A stretch of 64,000 nt of DNA from an uncultured Thermoplasmata archaeon (GTDB taxonomy: Archaea; Thermoplasmatota; Thermoplasmata; Lutacidiplasmatales; UBA184). The notes beneath the pieces are model-generated. The model did no database searches. It was not told the origin of the DNA and saw nothing but the letters and a program-made list of their open reading frames with translations. The DNA lies in contig CAWJFK010000029.1 of the NCBI GenBank assembly GCA_963842165.1, positions 24,048-88,047 of the forward strand. Reading direction: 5' to 3'. How positions within the stretch are numbered: the stretch's first letter is position 1; each line of letters begins with the position of its first letter. Below, piece by piece: positions 49,301 through 58,114 of the stretch. The position numbers and the translations under genes were made by a program.

Positions 49301-50224
49301 ATGACCCTCCCCGGCTCGACGATCACGCTCATCGCGATCAGCGTCATCCTCGTGGTGGTCGTCCTCGCGATCTTTCTCGTAGTGCTGCGCCGGCTGCGGG
49401 CGCGGCGCGACCAGATCCTTCTGGAGCTGGGGACCAAGCCCGCCCTCGTCCAGGACCGAGCGTTCAATCGCCTCGCCATGGCCCGGCGCGAGGCCGAGAT
49501 GGTCGGCCGTACGGGTGCCGACACTTCGCGGGCTCTCGAGCTGATCGCCCAGTCGCAGGGCGCGTTCGACACCCACCAGTACCCGCGCTCCTACGAGCTC
49601 GCCCAATCGGCTCACGAGGCGCTCGTGAACGCCCGGGGGCGGGCGGGCACTTCGGCGGTTCCGCTCACAACGGCCCCGGGGACCCCCGTCCGAGCTCCCG
49701 GGGCCACTCCCCCTTCCGGTCGGGGTGCCGCGCCACCCCCGCCAGCGCCCCCCCTTCCCCGGAACCGCGCCGAGTCCCAGTTCCAACTCCGCCTCCTGGA
49801 GCAGGAGGTGGCCACCGCCCGCACCGAGCGACCGAAGCAAGGAGGCACCCTCGAGGCGATCCAACTCCAGGCCGAGGCGAAGGCCGCCTTCGACCGCGGG
49901 GATTTCACCGACGCGTTCCGTCTCGCACTCCGCGCCCGGCGGAGCCTCGGAGGCAAGGTGGAGTCGCTGGCGGCACCTCCCCGGCCGGCGACCGCGGGGG
50001 CAGCCCCCGGGTCGGCCAACGGTTCGCTGGACCCGGCCTCCGCCGCCGAGCAGGTCGCGGCGGCCAACCGCTGTCCCAACTGCGGCTACCCGACGCTACC
50101 GAACGACACCTTCTGCCGGGGATGCGGAACCCAACGGGCCACAAGCACCTGCCCGGCGTGCGGCAGCCCCCGTGGGCCGAGCGACACGTTCTGCGGCCGA
50201 TGCGGGGACCAGTTTACCGTCTAG
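49301..50224 (+). CDS. Membrane-anchored protein with a coiled/Pro-rich middle and a C-terminal double zinc ribbon
   Basis: An N-terminal TM segment (ITLIAISVILVVVVLAIFLVVL) is followed by a Pro-rich linker. The C-terminus is CPNCGYPTLPNDTFCRGCG...CPACGSPRGPSDTFCGRCG. Confidence 0.5.
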   Translation: MTLPGSTITLIAISVILVVVVLAIFLVVLRRLRARRDQILLELGTKPALVQDRAFNRLAMARREAEMVGRTGADTSRALELIAQSQGAFDTHQYPRSYELAQSAHEALVNARGRAGTSAVPLTTAPGTPVRAPGATPPSGRGAAPPPPAPPLPRNRAESQFQLRLLEQEVATARTERPKQGGTLEAIQLQAEAKAAFDRGDFTDAFRLALRARRSLGGKVESLAAPPRPATAGAAPGSANGSLDPASAAEQVAAANRCPNCGYPTLPNDTFCRGCGTQRATSTCPACGSPRGPSDTFCGRCGDQFTV

Positions 50225-51457
50225 CTCGCGGCGACCTTTTCCGCCGTAAGCCAGTCGTCCAGCTTTCGTTGCGTGCGGGCCTCGTGCAGGACCGCACTCT
50301 GGAGCAGCCAGCGCTCGAGCGGGATCGCGAACGTCGAGCGGATCAATCCGGAAAGCTCTGCCATCGTGCCGAGCCGGATCGCGGGCTCGAGGAGCGCCGC
50401 CCGAACGTGCTCCCGGACGTTCCACACCCCCAGCGGGAGGATCTCCCCCGGGTGCACTTCCCGCAGCACCACCACCCCGGCCTGGCGACCGAGCCGGAGG
50501 AGCGCCTCGCTCGTCGCGAGGCGGGCGGCATAGTAGCATCCTCCGATGGAGGCGTAGGTCGTACGACCATCGTGCCCCTCGTGGTCCCCCATCATGATGA
50601 TCTCGGTCGGGCTCGGGTTCCAGAACGTGGAGGGGTACCACGACTCGATCGACTCGTAGCGCCAGATGCCCGGCAAGAGCACGATCAGCCACCGGTTATC
50701 GAGCGCGGTCAGCCGGTGGACCCGGATCTCCCCCAGCTCCGGGCAGGAGCCGGATCTGGGAGACGTTCTGTTTCGATAGCAGGTCGTCGACCGCGGTGAT
50801 GCTCCAGCGGGTCGGGACGAGCCGGCGGCGCCCCCGGCGACCGAGCGTACCGACGCTGAATGCCCGCTGGATGCGGCTGACACGAACCCCCCGTTGGTAC
50901 AGCTCTTCGACCGCGACCCGGGCGCTGGCGGCCGTGTCGGAGGAGAGTCGGTCGAGGTGAGGGTCGACCCGTCTCACGTCGAGCCGGAGCTGCTCGATCG
51001 GCGCGGACGGACCGAACGGCGGCGCGGAGTCGGAAAGGGCGATATGCCCCCTCGGAGGCCGCCGAAATCGGGTCTCGCTCTCGGCCGACTCGGCGGCGAT
51101 GCCGAGGAGCTGGAGCTCTTCGAGCAGGGGGATCGGTTTCTCCGCGTCCGTCACCCGGATCGGGCTCGTCCCACGAACCAAGCTGGTCCGGAACCCCACG
51201 ACCTCCGCGACCGAGCGACCCACCCAGTCTTCTGGCGTGTCAAGGAGCTCGGTGCGCCCGTGCTCTGCGCTGAGGAGGGGTCCGAACGAAACCTTCGGGT
51301 ACCCGAACCGTCCCACGAACACGGCCGGGGGCGACGAGCCCGACAGCTCGGTCCCGCGGACCATCGGCAGCGTACGTTCGAAGGCGTGGTAGCGAAGGAG
51401 CAGCGGGCAGACCGGCTTTCCGCACAGCAGTTGGGCGGAGCGGCACCGCAGACACAT
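50221..51457 (-). CDS. nreA: Archaeal DNA repair protein NreA (Nre family), frameshifted as sequenced
   Basis: MCLRCRSAQLLCGKPVCPLLL...PPAVFVGRFGYPKVSFGPL...TRWSITAVDDLLSKQ / CPELGEIRVHRLTALDNRWLIVLLPGIWRYESIESWYP...GGCYYAARLATSEALL. The break is near 50755. An upstream alternative start is possible. Confidence 0.75.
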
Positions 51458-51673
51458 CGTCGGGTCCTCCCGGAGGCCCGGGATCGACCAGACGAGCCCG
51501 GGCGACGGGTCAACGCCGGGGAATGGTGGAGCGGAGAGTGCCTCGGCCATGCGCAACATGACGGAAGGCCGAAGGACGCTATATGCATCGGGCCGAGGGG
51601 ATGAAACACCCTCCTGCACCACTCGCCCGGGACAACCGAGTACCGGCCCGGGGGGGACCTCGGCGAGGACCGA

Positions 51674-52537
51674 TCACCCGTGATTCGATGTGGGGCCGGG
51701 GCCGCGGGGGCGGGCCAGTTGGCTCAACTGGCGGAAGTCGTCATCGCCGAGCTCGAGGTCGGGCGCGGCCAGGTTCTCTTCCAAGTGGGCCACCGATAGC
51801 GTACCGGGGATTGGCAGAATGATCGGAGATCGTTGCAGCAACCACCGCAACGCTACTTGGTGCGGGGTCGCGCCAAGCCGTGTAGCGATCTCCGAGAGCG
51901 TCTTCGCCGACGACAAGTTCCCGCGATGCAGTGGGATCCACGGGATGAACGCGATCGAATCCCGTTCGCAGTAGTCGAGGACGGGTTCCTCGTCTCGTTC
52001 GAGGATGTTGAACCGATTCTGCACGGAGACGATCGTCGCCACGCGGCGCGCTCGCTCGAGCTGCTCCAATGAGACGTTAGAAAGGCCGATCCGGCGGATC
52101 TGTCCCGCGTCCTGCAACTCCTTGAGCGCGGCCACGCTCGCCTCGATCGGTACGTGCGGGTCGACCCGATGCAATTGGTAGAGCTCGATGCAGTCGACCC
52201 CCAGTCGCTGCATGCTCTCCCCGACGGCCTGGCGCAGGTACTCGGGATGCCCGTCCACGCTCCCGCCATCGGGAGTTCGAACGATCCCACCCTTGGTGGC
52301 GATCATCACGTCCGAAGCGGTGGCACCCAGCGTGGCACCGATCGTGCTCTCGCTCGCCGTGAATTGGTAGACGTCCGAGGTATCGATGAAATTCACGCCC
52401 AACTCGACCGCCCGTCGGAGCACGGCGCGCGACGCATCGTTATCGGTGACACGATTGGCCCCGAGACCCAGCCGATGGACGGTCCGGTCGCCGACCCGTA
52501 CGGTCCCTGCATGAGAGGCCGAGATCTCGCGAGCCAT
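51674..52537 (-). CDS. Aldo/keto reductase
   Basis: LGLGANRV...AVELGVNFIDTSDVYQ...LYQLHRVDP...IRRIGLSNVSLEQLE...IPGTLSVAHLEENL. The ORF is intact at 287 aa. An AT-rich element (ATAATATAG, reverse complement, at 52559-52570) lies upstream. Confidence 0.85.
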   Translation of the reverse strand: MAREISASHAGTVRVGDRTVHRLGLGANRVTDNDASRAVLRRAVELGVNFIDTSDVYQFTASESTIGATLGATASDVMIATKGGIVRTPDGGSVDGHPEYLRQAVGESMQRLGVDCIELYQLHRVDPHVPIEASVAALKELQDAGQIRRIGLSNVSLEQLERARRVATIVSVQNRFNILERDEEPVLDYCERDSIAFIPWIPLHRGNLSSAKTLSEIATRLGATPHQVALRWLLQRSPIILPIPGTLSVAHLEENLAAPDLELGDDDFRQLSQLARPRGPGPTSNHG

Positions 52538-52831
52538 CGACCGCCCTTCTTCCCCTGACTATATTATCATTCGGTGCGTGACTGCTTTGGAATTTCATTC
52601 CTCTTCGTTGCGGACTGTATCGAGGAGCCTCGCCTCACGGGTCATCTTTCATCGTTCAGGGGGGTCGACAACGGTCATCCGTCCGGCAGGAGAACCCTAC
52701 GGGTGGACCCCCGTCGCTCGCTCGTCGTACCACTTCCCTGTCCCTCCCCACCGGGCGGTGGGCCTGCTTCGCGCTCCGTTGCGGCCGACTTCGACCTGGC
52801 CGGACCACTCCCTCCTTCCGTCCGTGCCCTC

Positions 52832-54169
52832 ATGGGAGACTTTCGACTCCTGGTCAACGAGTGTCTCCGCGAGATGCTCACGAACGACCTGACCTCCCGC
52901 GGGACGATCTCCCGCTTTGCCCGTACCCGAGCGCTGGAAACCCGAGTCACCGGGACCATCGGTCTCGCGGCGGCCGACGTCGCTCGATCGCTTGCCAGCG
53001 GACACCGTCGACGACTCCACCAGGGGATCCGATGTCGAGTCCCCTACGTCCGCACCCCGTTCGTTCGAGTGCCCGAGACGGCTTTCCACTTCGACCTCGA
53101 CACTGGGAGATTGCGCCTCTCTCTCCGACGCGGCGAGTGGACCTCCCTCGTCGTCCCGGTGTCCAACTATCACCGAAAGGTGCTCACGCATCCGAGTGGT
53201 CGAGTAACCCAGGTGCACATCGGGCTGCGTCGGGTGGTCTTCGTCTACGCAAGGAAAGTTCCTGAACCCTACGCTCCGGTCTCTCTCGTCGCCCTCGACA
53301 CCAACGAATCGTCGCTGGATGGCGTTCAGGTCGACCTCGAGTCGGCGAGCTTCGTGCGGGTTGGCTTCCCTGAGATCCGAGAGCTCCAGTTCCGTCACAT
53401 GGGTCGGCGACGGTATCTCGGCCGCAAGAAGGCTCACGACCGTCGACTTGCTCGATGGTTGCTCGGACGGGAAGGGAGAAGAGAGCGGAACCGGATCCGC
53501 TCACGACTCCACGTTCTGACCCGCACTCTGATCGATCAACTCGCCGTGCAGCACTCTGCGCTCGCCCTCGAGGACCTCACCCACTTGCCTCGACCTCGGC
53601 GTAAAGGGATGCGAGGTCGCACGTCAGTGCTGAGCTCGCGATCGTTCCGACGCCGCCTCTCCTCCTGGCCCCGCGCCGAGCTCCACCGACAACTCGCTTA
53701 CAAGGCCCAGGATCGGGGCGTACCGATCCGCTGGGTCGACCCGTATCTCAGTTCACGCACCTGCCCGAAGTGTGGCGAAGTATCGGAACGCCGAAGAAGG
53801 GTGGGGACCAGGTTCGACTGCGCGAAGTGTGGGTGGTCGCTCGACCGCCAACTGAACGCAGGACTGAACCTAGGATTGACCGTCCTGCGGACGACTGCGG
53901 GACTTGGGGGTCTTCGACTTGACCCCGACGCCCTTCCCCAGGATGTGGTGAGACCCCTCTACGGGTCGGACGAGTGCCGACCCGCACGGGTGGAGCGGAC
54001 GGGAAGGAAGGGAGACTGGTTCCGGGACTCCCCGAGCGGGCAATCCCTTGAACAAATTCCCAAAGCCGTACGGGACGGTCGCCGACCCCTCCGCGGGCGA
54101 CGCTTTTTTACGGGGAGCGGGGGTGGGGGGCCACCATGCCTCTCTACATGGACGTCCACCGCAAGGTGA
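52832..54169 (+). CDS. tnpB: TnpB-like RNA-guided endonuclease (IS200/IS605 accessory OrfB), with no tnpA
   Basis: A RuvC-like triad context is present: VSLVALDTNESS, SALALEDLTHL and CGWSLDRQLNAGLNLG. A zinc finger is present: CPKCGEVSERRRRVGTRFDCAKCG. The ATG at 52832 is preferred over the track start at 52574. The ORF runs to 54169 and overlaps the next gene. Confidence 0.8.
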   Translation: MGDFRLLVNECLREMLTNDLTSRGTISRFARTRALETRVTGTIGLAAADVARSLASGHRRRLHQGIRCRVPYVRTPFVRVPETAFHFDLDTGRLRLSLRRGEWTSLVVPVSNYHRKVLTHPSGRVTQVHIGLRRVVFVYARKVPEPYAPVSLVALDTNESSLDGVQVDLESASFVRVGFPEIRELQFRHMGRRRYLGRKKAHDRRLARWLLGREGRRERNRIRSRLHVLTRTLIDQLAVQHSALALEDLTHLPRPRRKGMRGRTSVLSSRSFRRRLSSWPRAELHRQLAYKAQDRGVPIRWVDPYLSSRTCPKCGEVSERRRRVGTRFDCAKCGWSLDRQLNAGLNLGLTVLRTTAGLGGLRLDPDALPQDVVRPLYGSDECRPARVERTGRKGDWFRDSPSGQSLEQIPKAVRDGRRPLRGRRFFTGSGGGGPPCLSTWTSTAR

Positions 54170-54384
54170 AGGGTGTAACGAACGCCGCCGTAGCCGAGGC
54201 CCACGCCAAGGACCTGAAGGTCCAGGGAAAGTACGGGGTCAACTACCGCAGCTACTGGGTTGACGAGAAGAACGAGACGATCTTTTGCCTCGTGGACGCC
54301 CCCAACCCCGAGGCCGCCAACAAGGTCCACAAAGAGGCCCACGGACTCGTTGCCGACGAAATGCACGAGGTCCACCAGGGCTGA
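54136..54384 (+). CDS. DUF4242-like small protein
   Basis: MPLYMDVHRKVKGVTNAAVAEAHAKDLKVQGKYGVNYRSYWVDEKNETIFCLVDAPNPEAANKVHKEAHGLVADEMHEV resembles the DUF4242 (SCO4226-like) pattern as remembered. Confidence 0.6.
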   Translation: MPLYMDVHRKVKGVTNAAVAEAHAKDLKVQGKYGVNYRSYWVDEKNETIFCLVDAPNPEAANKVHKEAHGLVADEMHEVHQG

Positions 54385-54500
54385 ATCGGCCCGTTCGACC
54401 CACCGCCATCGGGTCGGCAGTACCCCTGCCCCTGGGCCCCGAGGCCGGGCGACACCGGGAGGTCGCCCTCCTCGCCGTCCGTCCTGGACGTGCAGGTCTT

Positions 54501-54824
54501 TCAGGACGGCCCCGGGGGAGGTCCCGCTCCGTCCGGTTTCACACCGTCGACCGCCACGAGATCCGTCTTGGCGGCGCGTTGACGGAGCTGTATCAAGGCT
54601 CGATATTCGTCGGAGTCGTACCACCGCTGAAGGTCCCCCATGGTCGGGAACTCGATCACGATCACGAAGTGCGGTCGAAACGTGCCCTCGAAGACCCGAG
54701 GCTCGCCCCCGACGACGAGAGCGCGGCCCCCGTATTTCCGGGTGACCTCGGCGGCCTTGCGGCCATACTCCATGAATTTCGACTCGTCGGTCGGTGCCAT
54801 ATCGGCGATCACGTAGGCGCTCAT
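54501..54824 (-). CDS. DUF1330 domain protein
   Basis: From the ATG at 54824: MSAYVIADMAPTDESKFMEYGRKAAEVTRKYGGRALVVGGEPRVFEGTFRPHFVIVIEFPTMGDLQRWYDSDEYRALIQLR. Confidence 0.7.
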   Translation of the reverse strand: MSAYVIADMAPTDESKFMEYGRKAAEVTRKYGGRALVVGGEPRVFEGTFRPHFVIVIEFPTMGDLQRWYDSDEYRALIQLRQRAAKTDLVAVDGVKPDGAGPPPGPS

Positions 54825-54984
54825 CTCCCCTCCTCCAGCCCGACGGACAATCGAGTAGTTATCGTGGATTGGCCCCGAGCCGGGACTTGAGCCACCCCGA
54901 CCACCGGGTTTGAATTCGCCACCCCGCGCGGTCTCGGTGGTCCTCCATCTCTCGCGCGCGTCGTCCGACCCGGCGTCCGTCGAA

Positions 54985-55004
54985 ATGGACTGGTCGGCGT
55001 CCAC
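54985..55004. repeat. Island repeat copy A, containing the 13-mer identical to the tRNA-Ala 3' end
   Basis: ATGGACTGGTCGGCGTCCAC is identical to 55908-55927. Its first 13 nt equal 58102-58114. About 100 bp of looser similarity surrounds copies A and B. Confidence 0.75.
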
Positions 55005-55283
55005 TCCCCCCGGGGGTTCGAATCTGCTGACGAACCGAGGAATCCCCTTCCCGTGAGGGCGGGATTCGGACCACCGGGGGGTGCGTGCGTGCCGTAACGA
55101 CCGACAGGAGATGCCCCGGTCGCCCTCCGCCACTTTGGTGTCAGCGCCGCCCCAAGGACCGGTGCCTTCCCCCGGTAGGATACTGGCGTGGGTACCGCGA
55201 GTAGGGCCAGTTTGGGGCGGGGCCACCTTCTTCTCCGGGAATCGGGAGACAGGCTTAAGTCAATTGGTCAGCTATTGCGTTCA

Positions 55284-55514
55284 ATGGCCCTCGCCGACCG
55301 TCCGACCACGATCACCATTCGAACGAGCACGCGCCAGCTGCTTGAGTCAATGAAGCGTTCTGGCGAGAGTTACGACGAGTTGATCAATGAACTCGCGGAA
55401 GAACACTACCCCCCTCGCGTCATCGCGGAACTTAAACAACGAGTCGCCGACATCCGGGCGGGGCGCGTCCGGGCAGTTCCGGCCGAGGATGTCTATCGCA
55501 GGTGGGGGGTTTGA
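55284..55514 (+). CDS. Antitoxin, paralog of 37226..37438
   Basis: MALADRPTTITIRTSTRQLLESMKRSGESYDELINELAEEHYPPRVIAELKQRVADIRAGRVRAVPAEDVYRRWGV shares the TIxxxxSTRxLLESxKxxGESYDELxxEL motif. Confidence 0.6.
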   Translation: MALADRPTTITIRTSTRQLLESMKRSGESYDELINELAEEHYPPRVIAELKQRVADIRAGRVRAVPAEDVYRRWGV

Positions 55515-55810
55515 GTCCCTACCGGATCGGGTTCGACCCACGCGCGGTCCGGGACGGTGCCAAGCTCTCGCCCTCCCTTCGTCGACGGATTCAGAGTAAG
55601 CTAGAGTTTCTCCGAGCCGCTCCCTTCTGTTCCCATCCTGGGCTCTCGGTGAAGGAAATCGCCGAGGTTCGGGGGGTTTGGAGATTTCATGCGGCGGCGG
55701 ACGTCCGAGTCATCTACACGACGGTGGGAGACCTGCTGTGGGTCGTCATGATCGAGCGGAGCGCTGGGGTGACAGGAAAGACCGTCTGCGAACTTCGTCG
55801 GCGTCGCTGA
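55502..55810 (+). CDS. relE: RelE/ParE-family toxin, paralog of 36915..37229
   Basis: YRIGFDPRAVRDGAKLSPSLRRRIQSKLEFLRAAPF...LSVKEIAEVRGVWRFHAAADVRVIYTTVGDLLWVVMIERS. The start is a GTG at 55502 or a TTG at 55511 (TTGA overlap with the antitoxin stop). Confidence 0.65.
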   Translation: MGGLSPYRIGFDPRAVRDGAKLSPSLRRRIQSKLEFLRAAPFCSHPGLSVKEIAEVRGVWRFHAAADVRVIYTTVGDLLWVVMIERSAGVTGKTVCELRRRR

Positions 55811-55907
55811 TTGAACGCGGCCAGGCGCCTCGTAAACCGGAGGGGCCGGGGCGAGCGCAAGCCCGAGACCTGCGGCGCGGGGTCCACCGAGACCGGCCGT
55901 CGAGATG

Positions 55908-55927
55908 ATGGACTGGTCGGCGTCCAC
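55908..55927. repeat. Island repeat copy B
   Basis: ATGGACTGGTCGGCGTCCAC is identical to copy A. It lies between the TA pair and the cyclase gene. Confidence 0.75.
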
Positions 55928-56158
55928 CCCCTCCGAGGGTTCAAATCCGTCATTGATCCGACACGACGGGATTCCACGAGTCTCCTTCCTCCCCGCTCGA
56001 CGGCCCGCAGTGGCCTACGCCACAACCCCCTTCCTCCGAGCCCAGTCCCCGCGTCTGTGCAGGAGGGGGAGCATCAAGCCAGGTTCCGAGTGCGGCGCGC
56101 GAAAAGCGACGGTACCCTTGGGGAGGGAGCTTAATCTTAGGGAATCGGTCCCTGTTCC

Positions 56159-58081
56159 GTGGCCTCGGTCCGTCGCCTCTCCGCAATCATGTTCACCGAC
56201 ATGGTCGGCTCCACTGCCGCGGCCCAGACCAACGAAGCGAGCGCCCTCCAGCTCCGAGACGAGCAGGCAGGCCCCGTCCGGCCCCTCTTCGCCGCTCACC
56301 AGGGGCGGGAGATCAAGTCGATGGGCGATGGATTCCTCGCGGAATTCGATAGCGCCTTGCGGGCCGTACAATGCGCGCTGGACATTCAGCAGCGTCTGCA
56401 CGAGCGGAATTCGCAACCGGGCGTGGCATCGATCCAACTTCGTATCGGAGTCCATCTCGGGGACGTCGAACAGAAAGAAACCGACATCTTCGGAGACGCG
56501 GTGAACATCGCCTCTCGCATCGAACCCCTTGCATCCCCGGGGGGAGTTTGCATTTCGGGCGAAGTATACAGTCAGGTTCGAAACAAGGTTTCGAACAAGC
56601 TCGAGAAGCTCCCTGTGACCCCGCTCAAGGGGTTGCAAGTATCGATCGACGTGTATCGGATCGTCCTGCCCTGGGCCGCAGGCGAGGGGGCTCCGGGGAT
56701 CTCCGAGCCCACCGGTATCGCGATCCTTCCCTTTTCCAACATTAGTCCCGATCCTAAGGACGAGTACTTCGCGGACGGTCTGACCGAGGAGCTCATCACC
56801 GTCCTCTCCCAGCTCCGAGAGCTTCGGGTCATTTCGCGCACCTCGGTGATGCAGTACAAGGCCACCACCAAGACGGCCTCTCTCATCGGCGTCGAGTTGG
56901 GGGTCGTGTCCATCCTCGAGGGGAGCGTGCGAAAGGCGGGGAACCGCATCCGGGTGACCGCGCAGCTGATAGATGCGGCGACCGACCGCCACCTCTGGGC
57001 CAAGACGTACGACCGCGAGCTGGACGACATCTTCGCCGTCCAGACGGAGATCGCCCGGCAGGTCGCGGAGGCGCTCCAGCTGGAGTTGCGTGCGACCGAG
57101 GACGCCCGCCTGGGAGCGAGAGGGAGCGTCCGACCCGATTCCTACCTCGCTTACCTCAAGGGTCGAACACATATCCACGACCGGTCGAAGACCTCGCTGA
57201 ACGAGGCGAAGGAGCAGTTCGAGTTAGCGATCACGCTCGACCCCAAGAATGCGGCCGCCTACTCGGGTCTGGCGGACGTCATCCGAGTTCTGGGGTGGCG
57301 CACGCATGACATCCCACGGGCTTCGTGGGAGGAGACCACTCGGCGCTTGGTCGCCCAGGCGATCGAGCTGGATCCGAACCTGGCCGAGGCCCACACTTCC
57401 CTCGGTCTGATTCTGTGGGAAGCGTACGATTACGTCGGTGCGGAGAAGCAGTACCAGCTGTCTCTCGCCCTCAACCCGAGCTATGCCGCGGCGCATCACT
57501 GGTACGCCACGCTCCTCGAGGACGAGGGCCGCCTCGACGAGGCGCTCCGGGAGGCCCAGTTGGCTGAGGCGGTCGACCCCCTCGCGCCGAGCTACGTGTC
57601 CTTCGTGGCGACGTTGCTGAACGCTCTCCGGCAGTTCGAGGATGCGTTCCTGAAGATCCAGCGGCTGAGCGTGCTGGAGCCCGACTCGTACCGGTACCAC
57701 GACAACCTCCAGGAGTATCATCGGAGACGGTCCGAGCTCGCAGAATGCCTGGTGGAATGCCGACGATGCGAGGAGCTGCAGACCGATCCGGCGTGGAAGC
57801 GAATGTGGCGGGCGTACACTCTCGTAACCGCCGGTGAGAAGGAGGCTGCGAGGGCGCGGCTGAGATCCGAAGAGGGGTTGCCGGAATTCCCCGGACTCGC
57901 ATGGGTCGTCGCGTGGCTCTACGGCTTGCTCGGTGATCTGGACGACTGTTTCCGATGCCTGGACGTGGCGGTCGAGACCCACAACATCGCGCTGCAGCCG
58001 TTCCGGATGCATCCGGATCTCGAGCCTGTGCGGAGCGACCCGCGATTCCAGCTCGTTTTGAAGAAGATGAACCTCGCGTGA
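56159..58081 (+). CDS. Class III adenylate/guanylate cyclase domain protein with a TolB-N-like module and C-terminal TPR repeats
   Basis: RLSAIMFTDMVGSTAAAQ...GREIKSMGDGFLAEFDSALRAVQCALDIQ...IGVHLGDVEQ...IFGDAVNIASRIE (cyclase catalytic motifs). This is followed by IAILPFSNISPDPKDEYFADGLTEELI and then TPR-like repeats. The ORF is intact at 640 aa. Confidence 0.8.
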   Translation: MASVRRLSAIMFTDMVGSTAAAQTNEASALQLRDEQAGPVRPLFAAHQGREIKSMGDGFLAEFDSALRAVQCALDIQQRLHERNSQPGVASIQLRIGVHLGDVEQKETDIFGDAVNIASRIEPLASPGGVCISGEVYSQVRNKVSNKLEKLPVTPLKGLQVSIDVYRIVLPWAAGEGAPGISEPTGIAILPFSNISPDPKDEYFADGLTEELITVLSQLRELRVISRTSVMQYKATTKTASLIGVELGVVSILEGSVRKAGNRIRVTAQLIDAATDRHLWAKTYDRELDDIFAVQTEIARQVAEALQLELRATEDARLGARGSVRPDSYLAYLKGRTHIHDRSKTSLNEAKEQFELAITLDPKNAAAYSGLADVIRVLGWRTHDIPRASWEETTRRLVAQAIELDPNLAEAHTSLGLILWEAYDYVGAEKQYQLSLALNPSYAAAHHWYATLLEDEGRLDEALREAQLAEAVDPLAPSYVSFVATLLNALRQFEDAFLKIQRLSVLEPDSYRYHDNLQEYHRRRSELAECLVECRRCEELQTDPAWKRMWRAYTLVTAGEKEAARARLRSEEGLPEFPGLAWVVAWLYGLLGDLDDCFRCLDVAVETHNIALQPFRMHPDLEPVRSDPRFQLVLKKMNLA

Positions 58082-58101
58082 CCGCCGTCTGAGCGGAGTT
58101 C

Positions 58102-58114
58102 ATGGACTGGTCGG
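58102..58114. repeat. Island repeat copy C (core 13-mer inside the tRNA-Ala 3' end)
   Basis: ATGGACTGGTCGG is the complement of the last 12 nt of tRNA-Ala plus 1 flanking nt. Confidence 0.7.

Noticed and set aside
55014-55948. T-loop-like motifs GGGTTCGAATC (55014-55024) and GGGTTCAAATCC (55937-55948) as additional tRNA genes.
   Set aside because: I could build no matching T-stem complement, acceptor stem or anticodon arm around either motif. They are treated as part of the island repeats.
56159-58081. The cyclase as part of a cyclic-nucleotide antiphage system (Pycsar- or CBASS-like).
   Set aside because: No effector gene (TIR, TM or nuclease with a sensing domain) lies in the same operon. 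The TolB-like/TPR architecture is typical of signalling cyclases rather than defence cyclases.
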